Positions 17,950 to 27,131 of a stretch of 64,000 nt of DNA are shown here, one piece after another (within the stretch, counting starts at the first letter, position 1; the number at the start of each line of letters is the position of its first letter). Origin of the DNA: Chloroflexota bacterium (GTDB lineage: Bacteria > Chloroflexota > Chloroflexia > Thermomicrobiales > UBA6265); contig JAEWEG010000006.1 in NCBI GenBank assembly GCA_023389575.1, positions 5,582-69,581 of the forward strand, given 5' to 3'. Position numbers and translations under genes: made by a program. The notes beneath the pieces are model-generated. The model ran no database searches. It was not told the DNA's origin and saw nothing but the letters and a program-made list of their open reading frames with translations.

Positions 17950-17978
17950 AGCGTAGCCGCTGGAATTCCTGGTGTCAA
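17950..17978 (-). promoter_or_regulatory. sigma-70-like promoter candidate for the aroF leader
   Basis: The minus strand reads TTGACA (17978-17973), a 17-nt spacer, then TACGCT (17955-17950). The leader ATG starts 9 nt after the -10 box, implying a leaderless or near-leaderless transcript. Confidence 0.5.
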
Positions 17979-18188
17979 TACCCTTCGCCATGTGTTCCGT
18001 CCTTGAGACCGTCCCACCGTACATCCGGCCGGAAGCCTGGCGAACACGGGACTGGTACTGGCGGGCTCGGCGCATCCGGGGCACAATCGCATGCACACGC
18101 CCAGTATCCCGGGGACAGCGGCCCGCCAAGAAGTTTGGCGTCTTCCGGCTCCTCCCCAACCCGGATCGTCGCTTGTTGAGGAGCCCAC

Positions 18189-19349
18189 ATGCTCGTCCGA
18201 TTCATTCGCAGCGAACCGGCCGCGGCCGTCGTACTTCTCGCCGCCGCCGCGCTGGCGATGATTGTCGCCAACTCCCCCCTCGGCTCGACCTACGAGGACG
18301 TGCTGCATGCCAATGTCCTGGGACTCTCCGTCCTCCACTGGATCAACGATGGCCTGATGGCGCTCTTTTTCCTGCTGGTGGGAATCGAGATTAAGCAGGA
18401 ACTGTTTGGAGGATCGCTTTCAGCCTGGGGAGCGCGGGCGCTGCCTGGCATCGCCGCACTTGGTGGAATGGTCGTTCCCGCCTTGATCTTCGTCGCCGTC
18501 AATGCCGGCGATCCCGATCACCTTGCCGGATGGGCAATCCCCTCCGCGACCGACATCGCCTTCTCCATCGGCGTCCTCGCCCTGATCGGATCTCGTGTTC
18601 CGGCGGCCATCCGTGTCATTCTCGTCAGCATCGCCATCATCGACGACCTCGGCGCCATCGTGATCATCGCGCTGTTCTACTCGTCGAACCTGGCATTCGG
18701 CTGGCTGGGATTGGCCGCCGTTTCAATCGCCGCGCTGGTGGTGCTCAACCGGCGACATGTCTACTCCCTGATTCCCTATGGCCTGGTGGGACTCGCGCTG
18801 TGGATCAGCCTGTACCAGTCTGGCATTCACGCCACGCTCAGTGGCGTGGTGCTCGCCCTCGCCATACCGTCGCGAAATCCGGATCAACCCGAACGCTCGC
18901 CCATGAAAGTGACGGAGCATGCGTTGCTGAACTGGGTGAATTTCGGAATTCTGCCACTGTTCGGGTTCGCCAATGCCGGTGTCGCGTTCTCCGGGCTGGA
19001 GCGGTCGGATATCATCGGATCCCTTCCGATCGGCGTGGCGCTCGGCCTGTTCCTCGGCAAGCAGATCGGCATCTTCAGCGCCATCTGGCTGACGATCAGG
19101 TCTGGCCTGGCTCCGATGCCCGCGGGCGTCACCTGGACCCAGATCCACGCGATGGCCGTCATCTGCGGAATAGGGTTCACCATGAGCCTGTTCATCGGCG
19201 GACTCGCCTTCGCCAACGATCCGCACCTGCTCGATGCCACCAAGGTGGGCGTCATTGGCGGCTCGATCTGCTCGGCGGTCGTCGGCACGGTGCTCATGCG
19301 CCGGACCCTGCGCGATAACACCGTTGAAGACGTGAGCGCCTCGACCTGA
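18189..19349 (+). CDS. nhaA: Na+/H+ antiporter NhaA
   Basis: 386-aa polytopic ORF with NhaA segments HWINDGLMALFFLLVGIEIKQEL, WAIPSATDIAFSIGVL and IAIIDDLGAIVIIALFY. Confidence 0.92.
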   Translation: MLVRFIRSEPAAAVVLLAAAALAMIVANSPLGSTYEDVLHANVLGLSVLHWINDGLMALFFLLVGIEIKQELFGGSLSAWGARALPGIAALGGMVVPALIFVAVNAGDPDHLAGWAIPSATDIAFSIGVLALIGSRVPAAIRVILVSIAIIDDLGAIVIIALFYSSNLAFGWLGLAAVSIAALVVLNRRHVYSLIPYGLVGLALWISLYQSGIHATLSGVVLALAIPSRNPDQPERSPMKVTEHALLNWVNFGILPLFGFANAGVAFSGLERSDIIGSLPIGVALGLFLGKQIGIFSAIWLTIRSGLAPMPAGVTWTQIHAMAVICGIGFTMSLFIGGLAFANDPHLLDATKVGVIGGSICSAVVGTVLMRRTLRDNTVEDVSAST

Positions 19350-19413
19350 TCGGCCGGGGCGCTCACGTTCCGGTGCCAGTGTGTGGCGACCCGGATGCTA
19401 GGTGAGGATCGAA

Positions 19414-20820
19414 CTAGACGTTCTTGACCTCGGTGATCAACTTGCCGAGCGAGTCCTTCGCGTCTCCAAAGAGCATCGACGTCTTCGGGTTGTGGAACAG
19501 TTCGTTCTCGACTCCGGCGAACCCCGGGCTCATCCCTCGCTTCAGCACCAGCACGCTCGCCGCTTCGTCCACGCGGAGGATGGGCATCCCGTAGATTGGG
19601 CTGCCCGGGTCGTCCCGCGCCGCTGGATTCGTTACGTCGTTCGCCCCGATCACCAGCACCGCGTCGGTCTTGGCGAAGTCGTCATTGATCCGGTCCATCT
19701 CGTACAGATCGTCGTACGGCACATTCGCTTCGGCCAGGAGCACGTTCATGTGGCCAGGCATGCGACCCGCCACCGGGTGGATGGCGTACCGCACGTCCAC
19801 GCCTCGCTTCTGGAGCTCCGCGGCCAGCTCCTGCACCGCGTGTTGGGCTTGCGCCACCGCCAGGCCGTAGCCCGGCACCACGATCACCCGTTGGGCGTAG
19901 GCCAGCGAGACCGCGGCGTCGTCCGCCGTCACCTCATGGATGGGCCGCTCCTCCGCCGCGTCACCGCCAGCCTTGCTGGATGTGGCGGTCGCGCCAAACG
20001 AGCCAAAGATGACGTTGGTAAGCGACCGGTTCATCGCCTTCGCCATCACCAGCGACAGGAAGACACCTGAGGCGCCGACGAGCGAGCCGCCGATGACCAG
20101 CAGCGGGATATCGAGTACGAAACCGGCCAGCACGCCAGCCACGCCGCTCGCCGCGTTCAGGAGCGCGATGACGACCGGCATGTCCGCGCCGCCAATCGGA
20201 AGCACGAGCAGTAGGCCCGCCGCCAGCGCGATAACGAATGTCAGGAGCAGGAAGACCTCGGCGGTGGCTCCCGTTCGAGCCCAGATCGTGATGGCGCCGG
20301 CGAGAGCCATTCCTCCAATCAGCCCGGCGGAAATCGCCTGCCGGTTCCCGATCACGGTGGTCTTGGCCTTGATCAGGCCCTGGAGCTTGGCGAAGGCCAC
20401 CAGGCTGCCGGTGGCCGCGATCGAACCGATGATGCAGCCGAGGACAACGGACAGCACCGTCGTCCGGTCCATGTCCGACTTGCCCAGGAACTCCGTCACG
20501 GCGATGAGCGCCGAGGCCGCGCCGCCCATGCCGTTCAGGATCGCGATCATCTGCGGCATGGCGGTCATTTGGACGCGCTGCGCCATCAGGTAGCCGATGC
20601 CGCCGCCGATCAGGATCGCGATGACGATGAGTACATAGTTGCGTTCAACCTCGGCCAGGAAGAACGTCGCGATCGTCGCCAGACCCAACCCGGCCGCCGC
20701 GAGCTGGTTTCCGAACGGCGCCGTCTTTGGAGAACTCAAGCGATTAAGCGAGATGACAAGCATGATCGCTGAAATGAAGAACGCGGCATCGATCCACGCG
20801 TCGCGCCAGTTGTCGATCAT
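19414..20820 (-). CDS. pntB: NAD(P) transhydrogenase subunit beta
   Basis: 468-aa. N-terminal membrane domain plus C-terminal NADP(H) domain (VIVVPGYGLAVAQAQH, AGRMPGHMNVLLAEA, GANDVTNPAA). The start overlaps the pntAB stop (ATGA). Confidence 0.92.
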   Translation of the reverse strand: MIDNWRDAWIDAAFFISAIMLVISLNRLSSPKTAPFGNQLAAAGLGLATIATFFLAEVERNYVLIVIAILIGGGIGYLMAQRVQMTAMPQMIAILNGMGGAASALIAVTEFLGKSDMDRTTVLSVVLGCIIGSIAATGSLVAFAKLQGLIKAKTTVIGNRQAISAGLIGGMALAGAITIWARTGATAEVFLLLTFVIALAAGLLLVLPIGGADMPVVIALLNAASGVAGVLAGFVLDIPLLVIGGSLVGASGVFLSLVMAKAMNRSLTNVIFGSFGATATSSKAGGDAAEERPIHEVTADDAAVSLAYAQRVIVVPGYGLAVAQAQHAVQELAAELQKRGVDVRYAIHPVAGRMPGHMNVLLAEANVPYDDLYEMDRINDDFAKTDAVLVIGANDVTNPAARDDPGSPIYGMPILRVDEAASVLVLKRGMSPGFAGVENELFHNPKTSMLFGDAKDSLGKLITEVKNV

Positions 20821-21134
20821 GATCGCTGCTCCGTCGCTTCAGCCGCCGCCGGCCGCCGTTGCTTGAACATGCGCAGCATGCGGTCCGTCACCGCGTAACC
20901 GCCAACGACGTTTGCCGCCGCGAAGACAATGGCCAGAAATGCCAACGCCTCCTGCCACCACGCATCGACCGAACCCATCACGATGATCGCGCCGATGAGC
21001 ACGATGCCCGAGATCATGTTCGTGGCGGACATCAGCGGAGTGTGGAGCGTGGATGGCACGCGCGTGATCAGCACCACCCCGAGAAAGAGCGCGAAGACAA
21101 AAACGTAGGTCCCTAACAGGAATTCCGAATCCAC
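20817..21134 (-). CDS. pntAB: NAD(P) transhydrogenase subunit alpha, part 2 (membrane)
   Basis: Small 3-TM protein (LHTPLMSATNMISGIVLIGA, NVVGGYAVTDRMLRMF). GTG 21134 follows GAAGGAGG by 8 nt. The ORF-track ATG 21161 contains that RBS. Confidence 0.82.
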   Translation of the reverse strand: MDSEFLLGTYVFVFALFLGVVLITRVPSTLHTPLMSATNMISGIVLIGAIIVMGSVDAWWQEALAFLAIVFAAANVVGGYAVTDRMLRMFKQRRPAAAEATEQRS

Positions 21135-21192
21135 GAGCCGAGCCTCCTTCGATGAGCCCAACAGCCTGTCTCAATCATTCGAGCGCGTCGCG

Positions 21193-22638
21193 TCAGCCCG
21201 GTTTGTCCGTTCCGTCGATGTCGTCGACAGCGGGCTCCGCCTCGTCCGTTTCCGGTTCGCCGCCGTGATCCGCGACGACTTCTTCGGCGGGTTCCCCGGC
21301 CTCGACGACCTCTGCGCTGTCCTCGACCACGATGGCGTCATCGGTAGCCTCGATCGCCTCGACCTCCGACTCCGGCGCTTCCTCGATCTCCGCTGGCGGT
21401 TCCGTGACTGGGGCGGCCGCTGGAGCGGGTGCCGGCGGCGCGTCGTCCAGGTTCATCGCCTTCCGGGTCATCTCCTGGATGACATCGCCGTCCCTGGTGA
21501 TGCACATCCCGCGGATGATCTCGTCTTCCAGGTTGATGGTGAGCGCGCCGTCCTTGAGCAACAGTCCCATCAGGTTCTGCATGACCCTGGCGTACATCTG
21601 GCTGGCGTGGACCGGCATGGTGGCTGGAAGGTTGAGCAGGCCGATGATGGTGACCCCCTCGCGCACCACGATTTCACCAGGTTGGGTGAGGTCGCAGTTG
21701 CCGCCGGTTTCCGCCGCCAGGTCCACGATCACGCTGCCGGTGCGCATCGCGGCGACCGCCGACTCCGGAATCAACTTCGGGGCTGGCCGCCCTGGAACGA
21801 GCGCGGTGGTGATGACCACGTCCGAATCGGCGATATGCGCGTTGAGCCCTTCCTGCTGTTTGCGGAGTTCCTCCTCCGTTGCCTGGCGGGCGTAGCCGCC
21901 GGAGTCCTGGGTGTCCTTGGAACCGGTATCGATTTCGACGAACTTCGCGCCGAGGCTCTCTACTTGTTCCTTGACGACGGGTCGGGTGTCATACGATTCG
22001 ACCACCGCGCCCAGGCGCCTGGCCGTGGCGATTGCCTGCAGGCCCGCCACGCCGGCCCCCAGGACCAGCACCTTCGCGGGCCGGATGGTTCCAGCCGCCG
22101 TCATGAGCAAGGGGAAGAATTTCGGGAGGTGGTTCGCCGCCAGCAGCACGGACTTGTAGCCGCTGATGGTGGTCATCGCCGAGATCGCGTCCATCGATTG
22201 CGCTCTCGTGATGCGCGGCACGGCGTCCATGCTGAAGCTGGTTATGCCCCGGTCGGCGAGGCTACGGACAAGGTCGTGGTTCCAGAGGGGAGCGAGAAAG
22301 GCCACCAGGGCCGTGCCTGGCTTCATCGCGGCCACCTCGCTGTCGGGTCCCTCGAAGGTCGGCGCCTGCACCTTCAGCACGAGCGAAGCCTTGACGTAAA
22401 CCGACCGCGCATCCGGGACGATGGTGGCTCCGGCGGCTTCATACTCCTCGTCGCTGATCGAGGAGCCCTCGCCCGCCCCACTCTCCACGACCACGCTGAC
22501 CCCGCTACCGGACAGACGTGAAACCGTGTCGGGTATCAGGCTTACGCGCGTTTCCCCTTCCGCAATCTCCTTCGGCACGCCAATGATCGTCCGGACTTCT
22601 CCCGTGGAGCCCGGCGTCGACGTATTCGAGTCGGCCAT
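21193..22638 (-). CDS. pntAA: NAD(P) transhydrogenase subunit alpha, part 1, with an acidic ~90-aa C-terminal extension
   Basis: Alanine-dehydrogenase/PNT fold with NAD-binding VLVLGAGVAGLQAIATARRLGA. C-terminal low-complexity acidic tail (PAEIEEAPESEVEAIEATDD...). Confidence 0.9.
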   Translation of the reverse strand: MADSNTSTPGSTGEVRTIIGVPKEIAEGETRVSLIPDTVSRLSGSGVSVVVESGAGEGSSISDEEYEAAGATIVPDARSVYVKASLVLKVQAPTFEGPDSEVAAMKPGTALVAFLAPLWNHDLVRSLADRGITSFSMDAVPRITRAQSMDAISAMTTISGYKSVLLAANHLPKFFPLLMTAAGTIRPAKVLVLGAGVAGLQAIATARRLGAVVESYDTRPVVKEQVESLGAKFVEIDTGSKDTQDSGGYARQATEEELRKQQEGLNAHIADSDVVITTALVPGRPAPKLIPESAVAAMRTGSVIVDLAAETGGNCDLTQPGEIVVREGVTIIGLLNLPATMPVHASQMYARVMQNLMGLLLKDGALTINLEDEIIRGMCITRDGDVIQEMTRKAMNLDDAPPAPAPAAAPVTEPPAEIEEAPESEVEAIEATDDAIVVEDSAEVVEAGEPAEEVVADHGGEPETDEAEPAVDDIDGTDKPG

Positions 22639-23234
22639 GCAGCGTCCTACTCCTTCTCAACGTAGCAAGCCTCAAGATCGGGCTACGACACGTGATTGGT
22701 ATGACGAAACCCGGAATCGAGGTCGCGTGCGCTGGTTGCCTCCTCCGTGGCCGCCGGACGACGAATCGAACCGATCGTTTCCGGCAAATCCTCAAGGGAG
22801 AAATGAGCTTGTTATGACATTCGCGATAGCCTAGCAGATCACGATCCACTCGCATAGAGGGGGAACGCCTCTTCCGTGGAAAACGCTCTCCGCCTTGGGC
22901 GTTGGCCACAAATAGGAGCCAGCTTGGGCATGGAACCTTGTGCATCCGTGGTCAGCCTCGCCAGGTTTCGGGCGGCGTGTCCCGGTCGTGAGCCGACACC
23001 GACCTGCCGCTCGGTTGCGCTAATAGGGAGCCTCAATCGTGCCGCCCGTGGGCGACCCGTTTCTCGCCGGAATGGCGAGGAAGGTGCTGGTTTCACGCGG
23101 ATTTGAGATTTTCCAACCATTGTCTTGTGATATTATTGAAGCAGTCGGTCGATGTATCCGCCCTTGCTCACGGCCCATGTATCCATGGATCGAGGCGGGG
23201 CATCCTCACATCGGATTCGTGTTTCAATGGTTGT

Positions 23235-23257
23235 CCATTCCGGACCTTCCGGAATGG
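23235..23257 (+). promoter_or_regulatory. perfect palindrome in the sodA 5' region (operator or RNA hairpin candidate)
   Basis: CCATTCCGGA-CCT-TCCGGAATGG, 27 nt upstream of the sodA ATG. An extended -10-like TGaTATTAT lies at 23128-23136, in the only AT-rich patch of the intergenic region. Confidence 0.35.
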
Positions 23258-23283
23258 CGAAGACATTCGGAGGGACTTGCACC

Positions 23284-23892
23284 ATGGCTCGTGAACTCGC
23301 ACCACTCGGTTACGCGTTTGACGCTCTCGAACCGCATATCGACGCCCAGACGATGGAGATCCATCACGATCGTCATCACCAGACGTACGTGACCAATCTC
23401 AACAACGCCGTCGCCGGCACCAACCTCGAAAACGTTAGCTCGGAAGACCTCGTCAAGGACCTCTCGCAGGTTCCTGAAGACAAGCGGACCGCCGTTCGCA
23501 ACAATGCCGGTGGCGACGTGAACCACACCTTCTTCTGGGAACTGCTCACCCCGGGTGGCGCTTCCGCCCCGACCGGCGCGCTGGCCGATGCCATTAACTC
23601 GACCTTCGGCAGCCTCGAGGCTCTCCAGGAGAAGGTCAACGCCGCTGGCGCCGCCCGCTTTGGCTCCGGCTGGGCCTGGCTCGTCGTCAATGGCTCCGGC
23701 GCCCTCGAAGTCCTCTCCACGGCCAATCAGGACAGCCCGCTCTCCGATGGACAGACCCCCGTCCTCGGTGTGGATGTCTGGGAGCACGCCTACTACCTCA
23801 AGTACCAGAACAAGCGCCCGGACTACCTGAAGGCCTTCTGGAACGTCGTCAACTGGGACGTGGCCGGCAAGAACTTCGACTCCGCCAAGTAA
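23284..23892 (+). CDS. sodA: Fe/Mn superoxide dismutase
   Basis: [29 protein letters not shown] and [20 protein letters not shown] signatures. ATG 23284 is preceded by GGAGGG. Confidence 0.93.
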   Translation: MARELAPLGYAFDALEPHIDAQTMEIHHDRHHQTYVTNLNNAVAGTNLENVSSEDLVKDLSQVPEDKRTAVRNNAGGDVNHTFFWELLTPGGASAPTGALADAINSTFGSLEALQEKVNAAGAARFGSGWAWLVVNGSGALEVLSTANQDSPLSDGQTPVLGVDVWEHAYYLKYQNKRPDYLKAFWNVVNWDVAGKNFDSAK

Positions 23893-23933
23893 CCAGCCCA
23901 CGTTCCTGGCCCTGGCCGGGAGCGGGTAGCGAC

Positions 23934-23964
23934 GAACCCCATCCGGAATTTCCGGATGGGGTTC
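23934..23964 (+). terminator. intrinsic terminator hairpin after sodA
   Basis: GAACCCCATCCGGA / TCCGGATGGGGTTC inverted repeat, 42 nt after the stop. Confidence 0.65.
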
Positions 23965-24063
23965 GCGCGTTTCCGGGACTGTTTGACGCGGGCGGGAGTT
24001 CTCTCGTACCGTAAGCCAAGATCACCCGACCTTCGACCAGCACGCTGGGGAAAGAGTATTGGC

Positions 24064-25497
24064 ATGACGAACAATCCCGCCTCATCAGCATGGCGCTCCG
24101 CGACGTCGCGCACTGGCCTGGTTTTGCTGGCGCTGGTCCTCGGCATCGCCTCGGTCGCCGGTGTCATGGCCCAGGCGCTTGGACCCGCCGGTCCGTCGCC
24201 GGCCTCTGGCGTGTCGGCGGTTATCGCCCAGGGGGTGTTCACCGTTCCGGTCGGCGACCAGGTCTGGCAGGTGAGCACCTACACCACCGAGGCGGATGCC
24301 GAGCCAATCACCATCGATCACCCGGCGTTCGTTCTCGCCCGCACCACTCCGCTCCTCATCACCGACGACACCACGGGGAACCAGTCTCGCATCGCCATCG
24401 GCGAGGCCGCATTCCTGTACCCGGGTTCAACCATTCAGCTTGAGACGTTCGGCCCGCCTGATGGGTTCATCTTCATCGAACTGACAGCGGACGGCGCCTT
24501 CAGCATTGGCGAGGACGTGCTGGTGGGCCAGCCGTTCCAGCCGCTCGCTGGCACGCGCGATCTCGACCTTGTCCGCACGATGCTCAACGAGGGTGACGAG
24601 TCGACCATCCCGCAGGGCGCGGGGCGCACGCTGGTGCTTGGGCTGACCGGTCAGGTCATCGCGTCGACCGGAAACCAGGAAGAGGTCAGCATCTCCCCAG
24701 GGGACATCGCCGAGTTCGACGGACCGATCAGCTTCTCCGGAGCCGAAGATGGCTCGGAGGTCGTCACCGCCTACATCGGGGCGGTTGTCAGCTTCGGCGA
24801 CGAGGGAGAGGCTACCGCCGCCGCGACGCCCGAGGCGGTCGTGACCGAGGAACCCACGGAAGCTCCGGCCACTCCGCAACCCACCGAAGAGCCCGTCGCG
24901 ACGGTGGCACCAGCCACTCCAGAGTCCGAGCCAACCGAGGAGCCCGTCGAAACAGAGGCTCCCGCCACACCCGAGCAAGATGTTCCGGCGTCGCCAGCGG
25001 CCGAACCCGAGGACGTTCCATTCACGCTCGTGGAAATCGATGGCGATCCTGGCGTCGATTCGGACTCCGATGGGCTGACCGATGCCCAGGAAGAGTATTA
25101 CGGCACCGACCCGCTCAACGCTGACTCCGACAACGACGGCATCAACGACTATCGCGAACTCGTGGACTTCGGCACCGATCCGCTCAATCCGGACACCGAT
25201 GACGACGGCATCAACGATTTCAACGAGGTCTTCGTCTATGAAACCGACCCGCTGAATCTCGACACAGACGGCGACCTGCTTTATGACGGTGGGGAACTAC
25301 TCTACCTCACCGATCCGCTCAATCCGGACACCGACGACGATGGGCTCACGGACGGTGACGAGGTCTATTTCACCCTCACCGATCCCACCAATCCCGACAC
25401 TGACGGCGACGGGTACAGTGATTTCGAGGAGATCGAAAACGACTCCGATCCGCTCGACCCGGATGATCCCACTCCGGGAGACCGCCCGGCGGCGTGA
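24064..25497 (+). CDS. secreted protein with PT/E-rich linker and C-terminal thrombospondin type-3-like calcium-binding repeats
   Basis: ATG 24064 gives the signal-like N-terminus MTNNPASSAWRSATSRTGLVLLALVLGIASVAGVMAQA. An unassigned ~200-aa domain is followed by a PTEEP linker and repeated TDPLNxDTDxDGxxDxxE units. Confidence 0.75.
   Translation: MTNNPASSAWRSATSRTGLVLLALVLGIASVAGVMAQALGPAGPSPASGVSAVIAQGVFTVPVGDQVWQVSTYTTEADAEPITIDHPAFVLARTTPLLITDDTTGNQSRIAIGEAAFLYPGSTIQLETFGPPDGFIFIELTADGAFSIGEDVLVGQPFQPLAGTRDLDLVRTMLNEGDESTIPQGAGRTLVLGLTGQVIASTGNQEEVSISPGDIAEFDGPISFSGAEDGSEVVTAYIGAVVSFGDEGEATAAATPEAVVTEEPTEAPATPQPTEEPVATVAPATPESEPTEEPVETEAPATPEQDVPASPAAEPEDVPFTLVEIDGDPGVDSDSDGLTDAQEEYYGTDPLNADSDNDGINDYRELVDFGTDPLNPDTDDDGINDFNEVFVYETDPLNLDTDGDLLYDGGELLYLTDPLNPDTDDDGLTDGDEVYFTLTDPTNPDTDGDGYSDFEEIENDSDPLDPDDPTPGDRPAA
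25042..25464 (+). repeat. in-CDS tandem repeats encoding about six TSP3-like DxDxDG calcium-binding units
   Basis: Repeated peptide pattern (GTDPLNADSDNDGINDY, GTDPLNPDTDDDGINDF, ETDPLNLDTDGDLLYDG, LTDPLNPDTDDDGLTDG, LTDPTNPDTDGDGYSDF, DSDPLDPDD). Confidence 0.75.
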
Positions 25498-25532
25498 GCG
25501 AGCCACCAGATCGGGGCACTGAATTGGCAAGA

Positions 25533-25566
25533 ACAACGACCGTGGCGAAAGCGCTACGGTCGTTGT
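25533..25566 (+). terminator. terminator-like hairpin
   Basis: 11-bp stem ACAACGACCGT / ACGGTCGTTGT, 36 nt after the stop at 25497. Confidence 0.55.
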
Positions 25567-25712
25567 CGTTCCGACATCCCGCCGCTGGCGCGGGACGTGG
25601 GTCCATACTTTTCATCAAGCGGCCTTGGCTTCATGGCCTACCTCGTCGGCCCATACCAAGAGGTTCTAATACTTTTGTTTATGTTCTATTGGGATATGTA
25701 GTGTGGCATCTC

Positions 25713-25754
25713 GAAAAGAACGGGATTGCATGAAGGCGCACTCCCGTTCTTTTC
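25713..25754 (-). terminator. intrinsic terminator downstream of ndh
   Basis: 13-bp stem GAAAAGAACGGGA / TCCCGTTCTTTTC. On the minus strand the stem ends in TTTTC. Lies 13 nt beyond the ndh stop (25767). Confidence 0.7.
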
Positions 25755-25766
25755 GTCAGAGACTCG

Positions 25767-27131
25767 CTAAGACTTGAGCCGTCGCGGCATGACGCCCGTG
25801 ATCAGGCGCGCGTTGCGACCGAACCGGAAGTAGCCGAACGCCCACTGCGAAATCACCATCGCGCGGTTCCGCAGGCCGTTCAGGTAGAACACATGGACGA
25901 GCATCCACATGATCCAGGCGAAGAAGCCGTTGAAGTTCCGACCCTTCACCGACGCCACCGCCTGGTTCCGTCCAATCGTGGCCAGGCTGCCCCGGTCGTT
26001 GTAGACGAACGGCGCGTAGGCCTCGCCATTAACCGCCCGGATGATGTTCGACGCCGCCCACTTGCCCTGCTGCATCGCCGCCGGCGCGACACCCGGAACA
26101 GGCTTGCCTTCCGCCGTCTTGATGCCGGCCGCGTCGCCCAGCACGAAGATGTCCGGATGGCCTGGAATGTGCAGCTCCCGCTCCACCGCGACCCGGCCAG
26201 CCCGGTCGAGTTCGGCGATTTCGCCAAGCGCCTTCGTCAACGGTGACACCTGCACGCCAGCCGCCCAGATCACCGTGGCCGCGTCGATGCGCTCGTCACC
26301 GATGTTGACTCCGCCCTCGTCGATGGCGGTCACCAGCGAGCCGGTGCGGACCTTGACGTCGAACTTGCCGAGGTCGGCCTCCGCCGCCGCCGACAACTCT
26401 TCGGGGAACATCGGCAGGATGCGCGGCAGTCCCTCAAGGAGCAGGATCTTCGTACCCTTGGTGTCGATGTGCTTGAAGTCGTGCGCCAGCGTGTACTTCG
26501 CGATCTCGCCGATCGCGCCCGCCAGCTCCACGCCGGTGGGTCCGCCGCCAATCACGATGAAGGTGAGCAGTGCCTCGCGACGCTTCGGGTCCTGCTCGGT
26601 CTCCGCTTCCTCGAAGGCCATCAGGATCCGGCTCCGGATGTTGATGGCGTCCTCGAGCGTCTTGAGGCCCGGCGCCAGCGGAGCCCATTCATCGCGCCCG
26701 AAGTACGAGTGCGTGGCGCCCACGGCCACGATCAGGAAGTCGTAGTTGAGGATCGAGCCTGACGCGAGGGAAACGGTCTTCCCTTCCGAGTCCACGCCCG
26801 TCACTTCGTCCAGGATCACCGTGGTGTTGTCCTGGCCACGGAGGATGGACCGGATCGGCTGAGCGATGTTCGCCGGCGAAAGTTGCGCCGTCGCCACCTG
26901 GTACAACAGCGGCGCGAACAGGTGATGATTGCGACGATCGATCAATGTCACCCGAACCGGGGCATCAGCGAGCCCCTTCGCGGCGTTCAGGCCCGCGAAA
27001 CCACCACCGACGATCACCACGTGCGGCTTGCCCCTGGCCTCACCAGACGGCCGAACGGTATCCGCCACCGATACGAATTGCTCCACTGCCTCGGGAACGG
27101 TTCCTGTGTCCTTGGTTACTGTGTCGACCAC
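25767..27131 (-). CDS. ndh: type II NADH dehydrogenase (NDH-2)
   Basis: Dinucleotide-binding motifs HVVIVGGGFAGLNAA and IVIGGGPTGVELAGA, plus FVLGDAA. GTG 27131 is preceded by GGAG at 6 nt. The ORF track extends to 27371 through lower-GC sequence that looks non-coding. Confidence 0.85.
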   Translation of the reverse strand: MVDTVTKDTGTVPEAVEQFVSVADTVRPSGEARGKPHVVIVGGGFAGLNAAKGLADAPVRVTLIDRRNHHLFAPLLYQVATAQLSPANIAQPIRSILRGQDNTTVILDEVTGVDSEGKTVSLASGSILNYDFLIVAVGATHSYFGRDEWAPLAPGLKTLEDAINIRSRILMAFEEAETEQDPKRREALLTFIVIGGGPTGVELAGAIGEIAKYTLAHDFKHIDTKGTKILLLEGLPRILPMFPEELSAAAEADLGKFDVKVRTGSLVTAIDEGGVNIGDERIDAATVIWAAGVQVSPLTKALGEIAELDRAGRVAVERELHIPGHPDIFVLGDAAGIKTAEGKPVPGVAPAAMQQGKWAASNIIRAVNGEAYAPFVYNDRGSLATIGRNQAVASVKGRNFNGFFAWIMWMLVHVFYLNGLRNRAMVISQWAFGYFRFGRNARLITGVMPRRLKS

